A stretch of 64,000 nucleotides of DNA from Bacteroidales bacterium (GTDB lineage Bacteria; Bacteroidota; Bacteroidia; Bacteroidales; UBA7960): contig SLKR01000065.1 of the NCBI GenBank assembly GCA_007134525.1, positions 1,408 through 65,407 on the forward strand, given 5' to 3'. The notes beneath the pieces were generated by a model, which did not search any database, was not told the DNA's origin, and saw only the letters and a program-made list of their open reading frames with translations. Made by a program: the position numbers and the translations under genes. Within the stretch, counting starts at the first letter, position 1, and the number at the start of each line of letters is the position of its first letter. Below are positions 36,332-47,862 of this stretch, piece by piece.

Positions 36332-38164
36332 ATGCATCTGAATAATAATACTGACCAGTTTTCAGGCCGCAGAAAGGTAATCTCGGGAATAATCCTGGGG
36401 GTGGGCCTGATGTTGCTTGTCAGGCTTTTCGTTCTGCAGATAGCAGATCCGTCATATAAAGCATTTGCAAGGAGCAACTACCTGCGGCACCTGACAGATT
36501 ATCCTTCCAGGGGTCTTATATACGACCGCAACGGTGATCTGATGGTATTCAACGAGGCCCATTATGACCTGATGGTCATACCCGGCCAGGTCAGGGAGAT
36601 AGACACACTGGAGTTCTGCGAACTCCTTGGAATTGACCGGGCAGCTTTTGAAAGCAGGCTTGCCCAGGCAAGGAATTATTCACGCTTCAGGGCCTCTGTT
36701 TTTGAACGGCAGATTTCCAAGACCACTTTTGCGGCCTTTCAGGAAAAACTCTTCCGCTTTCCCGGCTTTTACGTCCAGCCCCGTACACTGCGCAGGTATA
36801 CCTACCCTGTGGCCACTCACACTTTCGGTTACGTGGGTGAGGCCGGTCCGAATATTATAAATAACGACCCCTACTACCGCCCTGGAGACTATATAGGCAT
36901 CAGCGGAATAGAAAGGGCTTATGAAAAGGAGCTGAGAGGCAATAAGGGCCTCAGGATACGCATGGTTGACGTTCTCAACAGGGATATCGGACCATTCCAG
37001 GAAGGCAGGTTCGACACTATTGCCGTTACAGGCAAGGACCTTTATACAACACTTGATGCACAACTGCAGATCTACGGAGAAAAGCTGATGCATAATAAAA
37101 GGGGCAGCATTGTTGCCATCGAACCCTCTACCGGGGAGATTCTCTCACTGATATCCTCCCCTTCATTTGACCCGGGATTGCTGGTGGGCAGACAACGTAC
37201 CAGAAACTACCGGGCACTGCAGAATGATTCCCTCAGGCCACTGTTCAACAGGGCACTGATGGCACAATACCCGCCCGGTTCAGTATTCAAGCTTATAAGC
37301 ACCCTTATTTCCCTTCAGGAGGGAGTTATTGGCCCGGGTACGACATATGGATGCCAGGGCATATACCATGCCGGGGGAGTAAGCATAAGGTGCCGTTCGC
37401 ACCCTGGTCCGGTCAATGTAGTTTCAGGTATACAATACAGCTGCAATACCTTTTCAAGTATAATTTTCCAGAACACTATAAATCAGTCCAAATACTCATC
37501 CATACAGGAGTCTTTCGGCAAGTGGAGGGAATATGTGCAAAGTTTTGGTCTTGGAAGGCACTTTGGAAGTGATCTCTCCTATGAGCTGCCAGGACTGATT
37601 GCCACGCCCGATTATTACGACAGGATTTACGGCCCGAGGGGATGGAGGTCACAAACAATTATCTCCCTGGGTATCGGACAGGGGGAACTTGGTGTAACAC
37701 CCCTTCAGCTGGCCAATATGACTGCCGCAATTGCCAACAGGGGGTACTACTTCACACCCCATATCGTAAAGGCTGTCGGCAGCCCCGAAAACAAAAATGA
37801 TCAGTTCGGCCTTGCAAACAACATACCCATCGACCAGAGGCATTTTGACGTAATAATTAGGGCAATGGATCTGGTTGTAAAAGAGGGTACGGCAAGCTTT
37901 TCCGCAATTCCGGGTATTGAAATGGCTGGTAAAACAGGTACAGTACAAAACCCCCATGGTGAGAACCATTCAGTATATGTTGCTTTCGCACCCGTGGATG
38001 ACCCGAAGATTGCCATTTCGGTAATAGTTGAGAATGCCGGTTATGGTTCGGTATGGGCTGCACCAATAGCCAGTTTGATGATTGAAAAGTATCTGAACAG
38101 AGAAGTTGAACGCAGCTGGTTTGAACAAAGGGTTCTGGAGGCTGATTTTCTGACAGCACAATGA
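36332..38164 (+). CDS. mrdA: Penicillin-binding protein 2 (elongasome transpeptidase)
   Basis: TM anchor, SxxK (SVFK), SxN (SCN) and KTGT motifs. Confidence 0.9.
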   Translation: MHLNNNTDQFSGRRKVISGIILGVGLMLLVRLFVLQIADPSYKAFARSNYLRHLTDYPSRGLIYDRNGDLMVFNEAHYDLMVIPGQVREIDTLEFCELLGIDRAAFESRLAQARNYSRFRASVFERQISKTTFAAFQEKLFRFPGFYVQPRTLRRYTYPVATHTFGYVGEAGPNIINNDPYYRPGDYIGISGIERAYEKELRGNKGLRIRMVDVLNRDIGPFQEGRFDTIAVTGKDLYTTLDAQLQIYGEKLMHNKRGSIVAIEPSTGEILSLISSPSFDPGLLVGRQRTRNYRALQNDSLRPLFNRALMAQYPPGSVFKLISTLISLQEGVIGPGTTYGCQGIYHAGGVSIRCRSHPGPVNVVSGIQYSCNTFSSIIFQNTINQSKYSSIQESFGKWREYVQSFGLGRHFGSDLSYELPGLIATPDYYDRIYGPRGWRSQTIISLGIGQGELGVTPLQLANMTAAIANRGYYFTPHIVKAVGSPENKNDQFGLANNIPIDQRHFDVIIRAMDLVVKEGTASFSAIPGIEMAGKTGTVQNPHGENHSVYVAFAPVDDPKIAISVIVENAGYGSVWAAPIASLMIEKYLNREVERSWFEQRVLEADFLTAQ

Positions 38165-39423
38165 GGCGAAAACTGAACATATTCAGCAATATTGACAAGA
38201 CAGTACTTTTCCTGTACCTTATTATGGTGACTATAGGATGGGTAAATATCTTCTCGGCCGAATACACCGAATATCAACGCTTTACACTCGACTTCAACTC
38301 CAGTTACGGCAAACAGCTGTTCTGGATAGCGACCGCCTTTATACTTGGGGCTGTTATACTTGCTACTGACGTTCGCTTTTTCACCGGCTTTGCATGGATC
38401 ATATATGCAGTATCTCTTCTTCTGCTTATAGGAGTATTGTTTTTCGGTGTTGAGATTAATGCCACAAAGGCCTGGTTCCGCTTCGGGGGGTTTGCCTTTC
38501 AGCCTTCTGAAATCACAAAATATACAACGGCACTTGCACTGGCTGCCTTTATTGCAAACAGACGCACAAAGAAAACAGGAGGAACCGATCAGATAAGGGC
38601 TTTTTTGATACTGCTGTTGCCGGCCTCCCTGGTACTCCTGCAGAAAGATGTCGGTACCACCCTGGTTTTTACCTCATTCATCCTGGTATTGTTCAGGGAG
38701 GGCATGATAGGCGGGATGGTACTCTTTTTCGGAGCGCTTGCAATACTGCTTTTCGTTCTTACGCTTATTTTTAATGAGTTTGTAATTATCGGGGTTTTGG
38801 CCGTTACAGGCCTTGTTGCTGGTATAGTAATGAGAAAGAGACAGGGGTTCATCCCACAGCTAACAGGTCTTTTTATGTTGCTCTCTCTTTATGTCTATTC
38901 AGTTGATTTTGCATTCAACAACATACTCGAGCCCCATCACAAGGCCAGGATAGAGGTACTCGTATATGGCGAAGCAGACCTTCAGGGTGCAGGCTATAAC
39001 CTTCACCAGTCAAAGATCGCTATAGGCTCGGGAGGGGGTTTCGGGAAAGGATTCCTGCAGGGAACCCAGACCCGGTTCAACTTTGTGCCGGAGCAAACCA
39101 CTGACTTTATATTCTGCACCATAGGGGAGGAATGGGGCTTTGCCGGCAGCCTTGTCATCATTGGGCTTTTTGTCTTTCTATTGCTCCGGCTGCTGTACCT
39201 TGCCGAAAGGCAAAGATCTGTATTCAGCCGTGTTATGGGATATTCGCTTATATCCATCCTGCTTTTCCATTTTACCATCAACATCGGAATGACAATAGGC
39301 CTGGTGCCGGTTATCGGCATTCCCCTGCCGCTGATAAGTTACGGAGGCTCATCGCTCTGGGGGATAAGCCTCTTTTTGTTTACCTTCCTGAAGCTTGATG
39401 CCGAAAGGCTTGAAATGATCTGA
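38161..39423 (+). CDS. rodA: Rod shape-determining protein RodA (SEDS family)
   Basis: FtsW/RodA/SpoVE polytopic protein. ATGA overlap with the mrdA stop. Confidence 0.9.
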   Translation: MRRKLNIFSNIDKTVLFLYLIMVTIGWVNIFSAEYTEYQRFTLDFNSSYGKQLFWIATAFILGAVILATDVRFFTGFAWIIYAVSLLLLIGVLFFGVEINATKAWFRFGGFAFQPSEITKYTTALALAAFIANRRTKKTGGTDQIRAFLILLLPASLVLLQKDVGTTLVFTSFILVLFREGMIGGMVLFFGALAILLFVLTLIFNEFVIIGVLAVTGLVAGIVMRKRQGFIPQLTGLFMLLSLYVYSVDFAFNNILEPHHKARIEVLVYGEADLQGAGYNLHQSKIAIGSGGGFGKGFLQGTQTRFNFVPEQTTDFIFCTIGEEWGFAGSLVIIGLFVFLLLRLLYLAERQRSVFSRVMGYSLISILLFHFTINIGMTIGLVPVIGIPLPLISYGGSSLWGISLFLFTFLKLDAERLEMI

Positions 39424-39448
39424 CAGGGAGTTTGTATTAAAAATCCTG

Positions 39449-39456
39449 TACTTTTG
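39449..39456 (+). promoter_or_regulatory. Candidate -7 promoter box (TACTTTTG) for nadK
   Basis: TAnnTTTG match 34 nt upstream of the ATG at 39490, inside the inverted repeat ATCCTGTA...TACAGGAT (39443-39470). Confidence 0.4.
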
Positions 39457-39489
39457 ATAAGGCTACAGGATTAACCAAATCATTACCCC

Positions 39490-40368
39490 ATGAAAATTGC
39501 ATTGTTCGGCAGGCCATTCGACCCGGCTTTCTTTGACAACCTGAGGCTGCTTATCAAGATCCTTGAACAGAGAACTGACTCATTCATCATATATGAGAAC
39601 CTTTACCACTTCATCAGGGATTATATTGTTTTTGAAAAGCCGGTCTCGGTTGTTGCTTCCGGCAGCAAGCCCCCTGATGACACCTATTGCATGATAAGCC
39701 TCGGAGGCGACGGCACCCTTTTGGACACTATTACCATGCTTCGCAACACCGGCATACCGGTACTGGGAATAAATACAGGCAGGCTGGGCTTTTTGTCGGC
39801 AATATCCACGGAAGAAACGGCCTATGCGGCAAGTGCACTGATATCAGGCGACTACGAGCTGGACAGAAGAACCATGCTGCAGCTTGCAAACCCAAAAGGG
39901 CTTTTCGGGAGCTTCAATTATGCGCTAAATGAGCTGACTGTGATCAAGCGCGACAACACAACCATGATAAGGATAAGTGCCTATGTTGACGATCTTTTCC
40001 TGAATACCTACTGGGCAGACGGACTCATTGTTTCAACGCCCACCGGTTCGACAGGATATTCCCTTAGCTGCGGGGGGCCTATCATTTCGCCTGAAAGCAG
40101 CAATTTTGTCATTACCCCGATAGCGACCCATAACCTGACTGTACGGCCAATTGTCATTGCCGACAACTGCATTGTTAAGCTGAGCGTATCGGGAAGGACG
40201 CAGGACTGCCTGGTTTTGCTCGACTCAAGGTCCAGGCAGCTCAGCGAGGCTACAGAACTAATAATAAAGAAAGCACCGTTTCACATAAACCTTGTTTGTA
40301 TCGGACAGAAAGACTTTTACAAGACCATCCGCAATAAGCTTGCCTGGGGCCTTGACAAAAGAAATTAG
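39490..40368 (+). CDS. nadK: NAD+ kinase
   Basis: GGDGTLL motif and NE..V/TPTGSTGY motifs; 292 aa. Confidence 0.9.
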   Translation: MKIALFGRPFDPAFFDNLRLLIKILEQRTDSFIIYENLYHFIRDYIVFEKPVSVVASGSKPPDDTYCMISLGGDGTLLDTITMLRNTGIPVLGINTGRLGFLSAISTEETAYAASALISGDYELDRRTMLQLANPKGLFGSFNYALNELTVIKRDNTTMIRISAYVDDLFLNTYWADGLIVSTPTGSTGYSLSCGGPIISPESSNFVITPIATHNLTVRPIVIADNCIVKLSVSGRTQDCLVLLDSRSRQLSEATELIIKKAPFHINLVCIGQKDFYKTIRNKLAWGLDKRN

Positions 40369-40399
40369 CGCAGATAATATAAATAAGGGGCTTTCGTTT

Positions 40400-40407
40400 T
40401 ATCTTTG
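40400..40407 (+). promoter_or_regulatory. Candidate -7 promoter box (TATCTTTG)
   Basis: TAnnTTTG match 35 nt upstream of the ATG at 40442. Confidence 0.45.
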
Positions 40408-40441
40408 CGGCAAAGAATAGTATAAACAGAACTGAAACAGG

Positions 40442-41200
40442 ATGGAATCAAACAGGAAATACCTGGCAGCTATTACAGTTTTTATTGCCCTGATTACCTG
40501 GGCCGAACATCATTCAGTTTTCGGGCAGAAGTTTGAGGTTGGCATTTTTGGCGGTACTTCATATTATATGGGAGACCTGAACCCTGAGCCAACAAACCAG
40601 TTTGTAAACTCCCAGTTGCCTGCGTTGGGCGTTTTCGGCAGGTACAATATGAATGAACACCTCAGTCTCAGACTTGGTGCAAATTACGGTACCGTAACAG
40701 GGAATGATGCAGAGAGCGAATACGACATACTGGATGGCGGTGATATCTATCATTTCGAAACAGATATAGCGGAAATTGCGCTCAAGTTTGATATAAACTT
40801 TCTGCCATTTGTTGCGGGCGACCCGAACAGCCTCTATACCCCTTATGTTTTCGGCGGGATCTCAGGGTTCTATTTCAACCCTGTGGCAAAAAGGGAGAGC
40901 GGGGGAGAGATAACCGAAATTACCGACGATACACACTGGCACCCGGATAAGGATAGCCCTCCCTCCTTCGACAATATAAGCACGGCAATAAATTTCGGGA
41001 TGGGTCTTAAATACCACATTACAAGAAATATAACAGGAGGCATTGAGTGGGGAATGAGATACACGGCCACCGATTACATCGACGAGGTAAGCATGCAGGG
41101 GAACCCCAAAAACAATGACTGGTATTCCTTCGCAGGCATCTCTTTTACACTGAGATTCAAGGACAGGAGCGGTGCAATCTGCCCGCCCAATTTCCTTTAA
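40442..41200 (+). CDS. Outer-membrane beta-barrel protein (DUF6089-like)
   Basis: Signal peptide and beta-strand pattern. Sits between nadK and uppS, as I recall for other Bacteroidota. Confidence 0.55.
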   Translation: MESNRKYLAAITVFIALITWAEHHSVFGQKFEVGIFGGTSYYMGDLNPEPTNQFVNSQLPALGVFGRYNMNEHLSLRLGANYGTVTGNDAESEYDILDGGDIYHFETDIAEIALKFDINFLPFVAGDPNSLYTPYVFGGISGFYFNPVAKRESGGEITEITDDTHWHPDKDSPPSFDNISTAINFGMGLKYHITRNITGGIEWGMRYTATDYIDEVSMQGNPKNNDWYSFAGISFTLRFKDRSGAICPPNFL

Positions 41201-41299
41201 GTATAAAATTTCATAAACTTTATGGCGGTTCTTTTATTTCTCGAAACAATTTAGGAAATTTGTACCCCTTTTTTGCCAGGTATAATAGTTTGACTGATA

Positions 41300-42055
41300 A
41301 TGGATTTAAAGCAGCATATTAACAAAGACAGGCTTCCGGCTCATGTTGCCATTATAATGGATGGCAACGGGCGCTGGGCCAGGGAAAGAGGCAGGGAAAG
41401 GAACTTTGGCCATCAGAACGGGGTTGAGTCAGTGCGCGATACAGTAAAAGCTGCTGCGGAAATTGGTATAAAATACCTTACATTCTTTGCCTTTTCAACC
41501 GAAAACTGGTGCCGTCCACACAAGGAAGTTGAAACACTGATGGATCTTCTTGTAAAGGCCATAGGCAATGAGACCCCTGAGCTGAACGAAAAAGGTGTCA
41601 GGCTTAATGCTATCGGCGACCTGGAGTCACTTCCGGAAAGATGCAGGCAACAGCTGAATGAGGCAATTGAACTAACTGAATCAAATAACAGGCTTATAGT
41701 AACTGTAGCCCTTAGCTACAGCGCAAGATGGGAGATCGCCAATGCTACGCAAAAGATAGCACAGAAGATAGCTGACAGGCTTTTACAGCCTGACGAGATC
41801 GATGAGGAAGTATTCAGTGCACACCTTGAAACAGCAAGCCTCCCCGACCCTGATCTGCTGATACGCACCAGCGGTGAACTGAGGCTAAGCAATTTCATGC
41901 TATGGCAAATGGCATATACCGAGCTCTATTTTACACCAGTTTTCTGGCCAGACTTCAGGAGGAAGCACTTTTACCAGGCAATCATTGATTATCAGCGCAG
42001 GGAGAGGAGATTCGGCAAATTAAAACCCCAGACTGCGGCAACAAAGAACGCTTGA
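41300..42055 (+). CDS. uppS: Undecaprenyl-diphosphate synthase (isoprenyl transferase)
   Basis: HVAIIMDGNGRWA, FSTENW and RTSGELRLSNFMLWQ motifs. Confidence 0.95.
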   Translation: MDLKQHINKDRLPAHVAIIMDGNGRWARERGRERNFGHQNGVESVRDTVKAAAEIGIKYLTFFAFSTENWCRPHKEVETLMDLLVKAIGNETPELNEKGVRLNAIGDLESLPERCRQQLNEAIELTESNNRLIVTVALSYSARWEIANATQKIAQKIADRLLQPDEIDEEVFSAHLETASLPDPDLLIRTSGELRLSNFMLWQMAYTELYFTPVFWPDFRRKHFYQAIIDYQRRERRFGKLKPQTAATKNA

Positions 42056-42070
42056 AATAATAAATTGGAA

Positions 42071-44572
42071 ATGTTAAGAATAAAATCCCTCGCTTTACTT
42101 TTTTTACTTCTGCTGCCTTTTTCGGGCATAACACAGCAGGTTCTCACAGGCGATCAGATAGTTATTGACCCTCTCAATCCACAGGAATATGAGATTGGAG
42201 GGATATCGGTCAGAGGAACGGAGTTTATTGATGACAATGTTGTTATCATCGCCAGCCGGCTGAGTGTTGGACAAAGGATTACAGTTCCCGGCGAAGATAT
42301 TTCAAATGCCATACAGAACCTCTGGCGAAACGGTATGTTCAGGAATGTCAGCATAGGAATAACATCAATCCAGGATGATGTGATATTCCTGGATATAGAA
42401 CTCGAAGAGAGACCAAGACTCACCAGGTATGAATTCCTGGGAATCAGGAGGTCTGAAGCAGACGACCTGAGGGATAAGCTGAACCTGGTAAGGGGAGATG
42501 TCGTTACTGAAAACCTGTTGTTCAGGGCAGAGAATGCGATCGAGGAGTATTATATGGAAAAGGGCTACCTCACACCATCAATCGACATCAGGCAGATGGA
42601 AGATACCGCAAGGGTAAACAGCATGGTGCTTGAGTTTGAAATAGACAGGGGAGACAGAACCCGTATCAGGGAGATAAATATTTACGGCAATGAGGCTTTA
42701 AGTGACTGGCGCATAAAGCGTATCATGAGAAACACCAGGGAACGCAGCCTTCGCTTTATCCTTAACTCGTCCAAGCTGGTAGAGGATGAATTTGAGGAAG
42801 ACAAACAGAAGCTTTTGAGCAGGTATAATGAGATCGGCAAGAGAGATGCAGCCATTTTAAGAGACTCGGTATATTTCGTTGACGAAAACCGGATAGAGAT
42901 CGACCTTTATATTTATGAAGGCCCTACTTATTATTTCGGTAATATTGACTGGGTAGGCAACAGCGTCTATTCTGATGAAATACTCAATGAGGTACTGAAT
43001 ATTCAGCCGGGCGACGTATATAACCAGAGCAAGCTAGAGAAAAACCTCTTTATGAACATGGAAGAGGGTGATATAAGCTCCCTGTATATGGATGTTGGTT
43101 ACCTGTTTTTTCAACTCGACCCTGTTGAGGTATCTGTTGACGACAATGAAATCGACCTGGAGATCAGGATATATGAGGGAGAGCAGGCAAGGATAAACCG
43201 GGTAACAGTAACCGGAAATACCAGGACCAATGATCATGTGATAATGCGTGAAATACGCACAAGACCGGGCCAGTTGTTCAGCCGCTCTGCCATTATCCGA
43301 AGCCAGAGGGAAATAATACAACTCGGGTTCTTTGATCAGGAAACAATCGATGTCATACCAGTTCCAAACCCTGCCAACAATACCGTTGACCTTGAGTATG
43401 TGGTGGAAGAGACCTCCTCCGACCAGATCGAGTTATCAGGCGGATGGGGCGCAAACAGGATAATAGGTACGGTGGGTATCTCATTTAATAATTTCTCGAC
43501 CCGCAACATTTTCAACAAGGATGCCTGGCGTCCACTTCCTACAGGAGACGGACAAACGCTGTCAGTCAGGGCACAGACTTACGGACGGGGTTACATCTCC
43601 TACAGTGCATCATTTACTGAACCCTGGCTCGGAGGCAAAAATCCTAACGCGCTGAGCCTGTCGTTTTACCAGACAACACACCGGAGAAACCTTGCAAGTG
43701 ACCATCCGAACTATGGTTACTACTCAATTATCGGATCCTCGGTGTCACTGATGAAAAGACTTACTGTTCCTGATGACTATTTCTTTCTACGCCAGTCAGT
43801 AAACTACCAGCACTATGATATCCTGAACAGCCCGATACGGTTTATTTTTGATAACGGGCAGTCCAACAACCTCAGCTACAACATAGTATTCGGGCGTAAC
43901 TCAAAGGATGCCGCCCTTTTCCCACGAAGGGGATCTGAGGTTTCAATGTCACTGCAGCTTACCCCCCCCTATTCACTGATCGGCGACCAGGACTTCAGCG
44001 ATGCCACACCACAGGAGAAATACCGCTGGCTTGAATACCACAAGTGGAGTTTCAGGGGTAACTGGTACACCCCAATTGTCGGAGACCTGATAGTAACCGC
44101 CAGGATACGTTTTGGATTCCTGGGATTCTATAACAGCGACATCGGCTATCCGCCGTTTGAACGCTACTATCTTGGCGGTGACGGGCTTTCAGGGTGGGAG
44201 ATAGACGGCCGCGAGATAATCGCATTGAGAGGCTATACAAACTATTCACTGACGCCGACCGACAACAGGGGCGAATTCATTGGTGGCAACGCGTACAACA
44301 AATACACCGTAGAGCTGCGCTATCCCCTGTCATTGAATCCGATGGCCACTGTTTATGGCCTGGTTTTTGCAGAAGGTGGTAATGCATATCAGGACATAAA
44401 CTCATTCAGCCCGTTTCACTTTAAACGGTCGGCCGGTATCGGAGCGAGGGTGTTCCTGCCGATGTTCGGGCTTCTTGGTATTGACTGGGGTTACGGATTC
44501 GATGATGTACCAGGCATGCCGGGAGCGAACGGAAGCCAGTTTCACTTCTCAATTGGCCATACTATAGATTAA
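42071..44572 (+). CDS. bamA: Outer-membrane protein assembly factor BamA
   Basis: Signal peptide, POTRA repeats, and a C-terminal Omp85 barrel. The ATG at 42071 is preferred over the TTG at 42065. Confidence 0.95.
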   Translation: MLRIKSLALLFLLLLPFSGITQQVLTGDQIVIDPLNPQEYEIGGISVRGTEFIDDNVVIIASRLSVGQRITVPGEDISNAIQNLWRNGMFRNVSIGITSIQDDVIFLDIELEERPRLTRYEFLGIRRSEADDLRDKLNLVRGDVVTENLLFRAENAIEEYYMEKGYLTPSIDIRQMEDTARVNSMVLEFEIDRGDRTRIREINIYGNEALSDWRIKRIMRNTRERSLRFILNSSKLVEDEFEEDKQKLLSRYNEIGKRDAAILRDSVYFVDENRIEIDLYIYEGPTYYFGNIDWVGNSVYSDEILNEVLNIQPGDVYNQSKLEKNLFMNMEEGDISSLYMDVGYLFFQLDPVEVSVDDNEIDLEIRIYEGEQARINRVTVTGNTRTNDHVIMREIRTRPGQLFSRSAIIRSQREIIQLGFFDQETIDVIPVPNPANNTVDLEYVVEETSSDQIELSGGWGANRIIGTVGISFNNFSTRNIFNKDAWRPLPTGDGQTLSVRAQTYGRGYISYSASFTEPWLGGKNPNALSLSFYQTTHRRNLASDHPNYGYYSIIGSSVSLMKRLTVPDDYFFLRQSVNYQHYDILNSPIRFIFDNGQSNNLSYNIVFGRNSKDAALFPRRGSEVSMSLQLTPPYSLIGDQDFSDATPQEKYRWLEYHKWSFRGNWYTPIVGDLIVTARIRFGFLGFYNSDIGYPPFERYYLGGDGLSGWEIDGREIIALRGYTNYSLTPTDNRGEFIGGNAYNKYTVELRYPLSLNPMATVYGLVFAEGGNAYQDINSFSPFHFKRSAGIGARVFLPMFGLLGIDWGYGFDDVPGMPGANGSQFHFSIGHTID

Positions 44573-44598
44573 TCAACTTTAACAGGGAGGACAAAATC

Positions 44599-45114
44599 AT
44601 GAAAAAGCAGCTGTTCCTTTTCATTTTCATATCAGTTATCTCCATTACGGCATTCGGGCAACGATTTGCCTATATTGACACCGAATACATACTGGATAAT
44701 ATTCCGGAATATCAGGCGGCAGAAAGAGAGGTCGAAGAACTTTCTATTCAGTGGCAGGCCGAAATAGAAGACAAATTTGCTGAAGTTGACAGGCTTTACC
44801 GGGAGTATCAGGCAGAAGCACCCCTGCTGCCCGAGGAGATAAAACGCGAAAGGGAAGAGGAGATAATCAGGGTAGAAAGGGAGGCTAAGGAACTTCAGAT
44901 GCAGCGCTTTGGACGTGAGGGAGATCTTTTCGACAAACGCCAGGAATTGATACAACCCATCCAGGATCAGGTTTACCAGGCGGTAGAGGAAATGGCTTCA
45001 AGGGGCAACTATGCAGTTATTTTTGACAAGGCAGGAGGTGCCGCCATGATCTATACGGATGTAAGGTATGATCTAAGTGATGACGTACTGCAGAGGTTGG
45101 GTTACAGGAACTGA
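44599..45114 (+). CDS. OmpH/Skp-family periplasmic chaperone
   Basis: Signal peptide, FAYIDTEYIL motif, E/R-rich coiled-coil. Immediately downstream of bamA. Confidence 0.85.
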   Translation: MKKQLFLFIFISVISITAFGQRFAYIDTEYILDNIPEYQAAEREVEELSIQWQAEIEDKFAEVDRLYREYQAEAPLLPEEIKREREEEIIRVEREAKELQMQRFGREGDLFDKRQELIQPIQDQVYQAVEEMASRGNYAVIFDKAGGAAMIYTDVRYDLSDDVLQRLGYRN

Positions 45115-45129
45115 CAACCGGTTACGTTT

Positions 45130-47778
45130 TTACTTTCCCAAAAGACGCTTTATCTCATTTAGTTTATTCAGGGCCTCTACCGGTGTGAGCCGGTCTATGT
45201 CGGTATTAAGTATATCATCCTTGATCTGGTGCAAAAGAGGGTCATCCAGCTTAAAGAAACTCAACTGGTAGTTGCCTTTTTTGGGTTTTTTAACGCCCCT
45301 GTCAGAAACCGCAGTAAGCTCTTCATGACTGTGGTCCTTTTCCAGCTGAACCAGTATGCTGTTTGCCCTTTCGATTACCTGGCCGGGCATTCCCGCCATC
45401 CTTGCCACATGTATACCGAAAGAGTGCTCGCTTCCGCCCGGGACCAGCTTCCTGAGAAAGACTACATTATTGCGGACCTCCTTTACCGAAACATTATAGT
45501 TCTTGACCCTTTCAAATGATGCTGCCATTTCATTCAGCTCATGATAATGGGTCGCAAAAAGGGTTTTCGCCCTGAACATAGGATGTTCGTGCAGAAATTC
45601 GGCAATGGCCCAGGCAATGCTTATCCCGTCGTAGGTACTGGTTCCCCGGCCGATCTCGTCCAGTATGATCAGGCTGCGGTCACTTATATTGTTCAGTATG
45701 CTGGCTGTCTCATTCATCTCAACCATAAAGGTTGACTCGCCGGAGGAGATATTGTCAGACGCGCCCACACGTGTAAAGATCTTGTCAACTATGCCTATGT
45801 CGGCACTTTCGACCGGAACGAAGCTTCCCATCTGGGCCATCAGGACTATAAGGCCGGTCTGCCTTAGCAGAGCTGACTTACCCGACATGTTTGGGCCGGT
45901 AATTATCATTATCTGCTGATTCTCATTATCGAGCCTTACATCATTTGCGACATATTCCTCACCAGGCGGAAGCTGCTTTTCTATTACGGGATGCCTTCCA
46001 CCCTTTATATCCAGTACAAAAGTGTCATTCACAAGGGGCCTTTTGTAGGCATTGCTCTTTGCGATAACGGAGAAACAGAGCAGGCAGTCAAGTCTTGCCA
46101 GGATCCGGGCATTTGACTGTATTTGTGGTATATAACCGGCCACTGCAGCTGCCAGCTCCTGAAACAACTGCTCCTCGAGCTGTATCATTCTGCCTTCGGC
46201 AGTAAGGATCTTTTCTTCGTACTCCTTTAGCTCTGGTGTAATATATCTTTCTGCATTTGTAAGAGTCTGCTTCCTTTGCCAGTCTTCAGGCACCTTGTCC
46301 TTGTGGGTATTGGTTACCTCCAGATAATAACCGAAAACCTGGTTGAAGGAAATTTTAATTGATGGTATACCGGTGCGCTGAATCTCACGTTCCCTAAGCT
46401 TCGCCAGGTAATCCCTGCCGGAAAATGCTATATCCCGCAGGTTGTCAAGCTCCTGCGAAACCCCGTCTGCAATCACCATGCCTTTTGACAACCCTGCAGG
46501 CGGGTCATCCTTAATCTCCCTTGATATACGTTCGCGGATATCATCGCACGGATCAAGCCCGGCACAGAGTTTTTCAAGAGGGGCGCAGGCGCTGTTCAGA
46601 CACATTTCCCTGATTGGCCCCGTTACAGAAAGTGCCCGGCGGATCTGCTGAAGCTCTCTCGGATTAACCTTTCCGACAGCAACCCTCGATATAAGCCTTT
46701 CCATGTCGCCTGCCTGCCTGAGGTTCCCGACAAGCCTGTCTGCAATTTCCTGGTCTTCAATAAGGTGTCCGACAATATCATACCTCTCATTGATCTTCGA
46801 TTTGTCCTTCAGGGGCAGTATTATCCACCTTGTAAGGAGCCTGCTTCCCATAGGTGAAACAGTGTGGTCAAGGACATCCCTGAGTGTGGTGCCTCCTTCA
46901 TTTATGGGGTCGAGGATTTCGAGGTTACGTATTGTGAACTTGTCGAGCCATACGAAATTGCTCTCATCAATCCTTGCTATTTTGTTTATATGCCCCAGTT
47001 TATCATGATGGGTATCCTTCAGATACTGCATAACGGCACCTGCTGCGACTATACCCTCATCCATGCCATCTATGCCGAAGCCTTTGTAAGACATTGTGCC
47101 AAAATGCGCAAGCAGTAAATCGTCAGCAAATTCCCTGGTAAAAGCCCAGTCATCCAGGGCACTGGTGTGATACTTGCCCGGGAATCTCTGCTGCAGGGTG
47201 TTAAGCTGCTTTTTCTGCACAACTACCTCGCTTGGCCGAAAACTCTGCAACAGCTTGTCAATATAGTCGGATTGTCCCTGGTCGGTCAGGAACTCACCTG
47301 TAGACACGTCCAGAAATGCGACACCTGTTATATTATCGCCAATATGCAGTGCAGCAAGGAAATTGTTTTCACGGTGGTCCAGGACCTTATCGCTGAAGGA
47401 AACACCCGGGGTAACAAGCTCGGTAACACCTCTTTTAACTATTTTCTTTGCCTTCGAAGGGTCTTCAAGCTGCTCACAAATGGCAACCCTCTCCCCCGCC
47501 TTTACCAGCTTTGGCAGGTAGGTGTCGAGAGCATGGTACGGAAATCCGGCCAGTTCGACAAAGGAGGCTGCACCGTTTGCACGGCGGGTCAGAACAATCC
47601 CCAGGATACCGGCTGCTTTTACCGCATCCTCCCCGAAGGTTTCGTAAAAGTCGCCGACCCTGAAGAGCAGAAGTGCATCAGGGTGTTTTGCCTTGATGCC
47701 GTAATACTGCTTCATCAGTGGGGTTTCGACGATCCTGCTTTCCTTTTTTGCCACCTCTGTCTTTTTTTTATTAGACAA
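45130..47778 (-). CDS. mutS: DNA mismatch repair protein MutS
   Basis: TPLMKQY N-terminal motif, Walker A GPNMSGKS, and ST(F/Y)..E motifs. The ORF starts at TTG 47778 (in-frame GTG at 47754) and has no ATG before the conserved N-terminal motif. Confidence 0.95.
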   Translation of the reverse strand: MSNKKKTEVAKKESRIVETPLMKQYYGIKAKHPDALLLFRVGDFYETFGEDAVKAAGILGIVLTRRANGAASFVELAGFPYHALDTYLPKLVKAGERVAICEQLEDPSKAKKIVKRGVTELVTPGVSFSDKVLDHRENNFLAALHIGDNITGVAFLDVSTGEFLTDQGQSDYIDKLLQSFRPSEVVVQKKQLNTLQQRFPGKYHTSALDDWAFTREFADDLLLAHFGTMSYKGFGIDGMDEGIVAAGAVMQYLKDTHHDKLGHINKIARIDESNFVWLDKFTIRNLEILDPINEGGTTLRDVLDHTVSPMGSRLLTRWIILPLKDKSKINERYDIVGHLIEDQEIADRLVGNLRQAGDMERLISRVAVGKVNPRELQQIRRALSVTGPIREMCLNSACAPLEKLCAGLDPCDDIRERISREIKDDPPAGLSKGMVIADGVSQELDNLRDIAFSGRDYLAKLREREIQRTGIPSIKISFNQVFGYYLEVTNTHKDKVPEDWQRKQTLTNAERYITPELKEYEEKILTAEGRMIQLEEQLFQELAAAVAGYIPQIQSNARILARLDCLLCFSVIAKSNAYKRPLVNDTFVLDIKGGRHPVIEKQLPPGEEYVANDVRLDNENQQIMIITGPNMSGKSALLRQTGLIVLMAQMGSFVPVESADIGIVDKIFTRVGASDNISSGESTFMVEMNETASILNNISDRSLIILDEIGRGTSTYDGISIAWAIAEFLHEHPMFRAKTLFATHYHELNEMAASFERVKNYNVSVKEVRNNVVFLRKLVPGGSEHSFGIHVARMAGMPGQVIERANSILVQLEKDHSHEELTAVSDRGVKKPKKGNYQLSFFKLDDPLLHQIKDDILNTDIDRLTPVEALNKLNEIKRLLGK

Positions 47779-47862
47779 AAATAAGAAATTTGAGCATGCA
47801 TTCTCTACTCATAAGGTTTGTTAAATCAGGTCCTGCCGTTTGGCAGGGCCTTTTATCTTTTA

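Noticed and set aside
47167-47784. 205-aa ORF on the plus strand. Similar long antisense ORFs occur at 20374-20871, 29893-30435, 48438-48905 and 49961-50416.
   Set aside because: Each lies entirely antisense to a strongly supported conserved gene (mutS, TetR, sucA, pfk, ADH). They have low-complexity or odd composition, no recognisable motifs and no promoter box. They are shadow ORFs typical of roughly 50% GC coding DNA.
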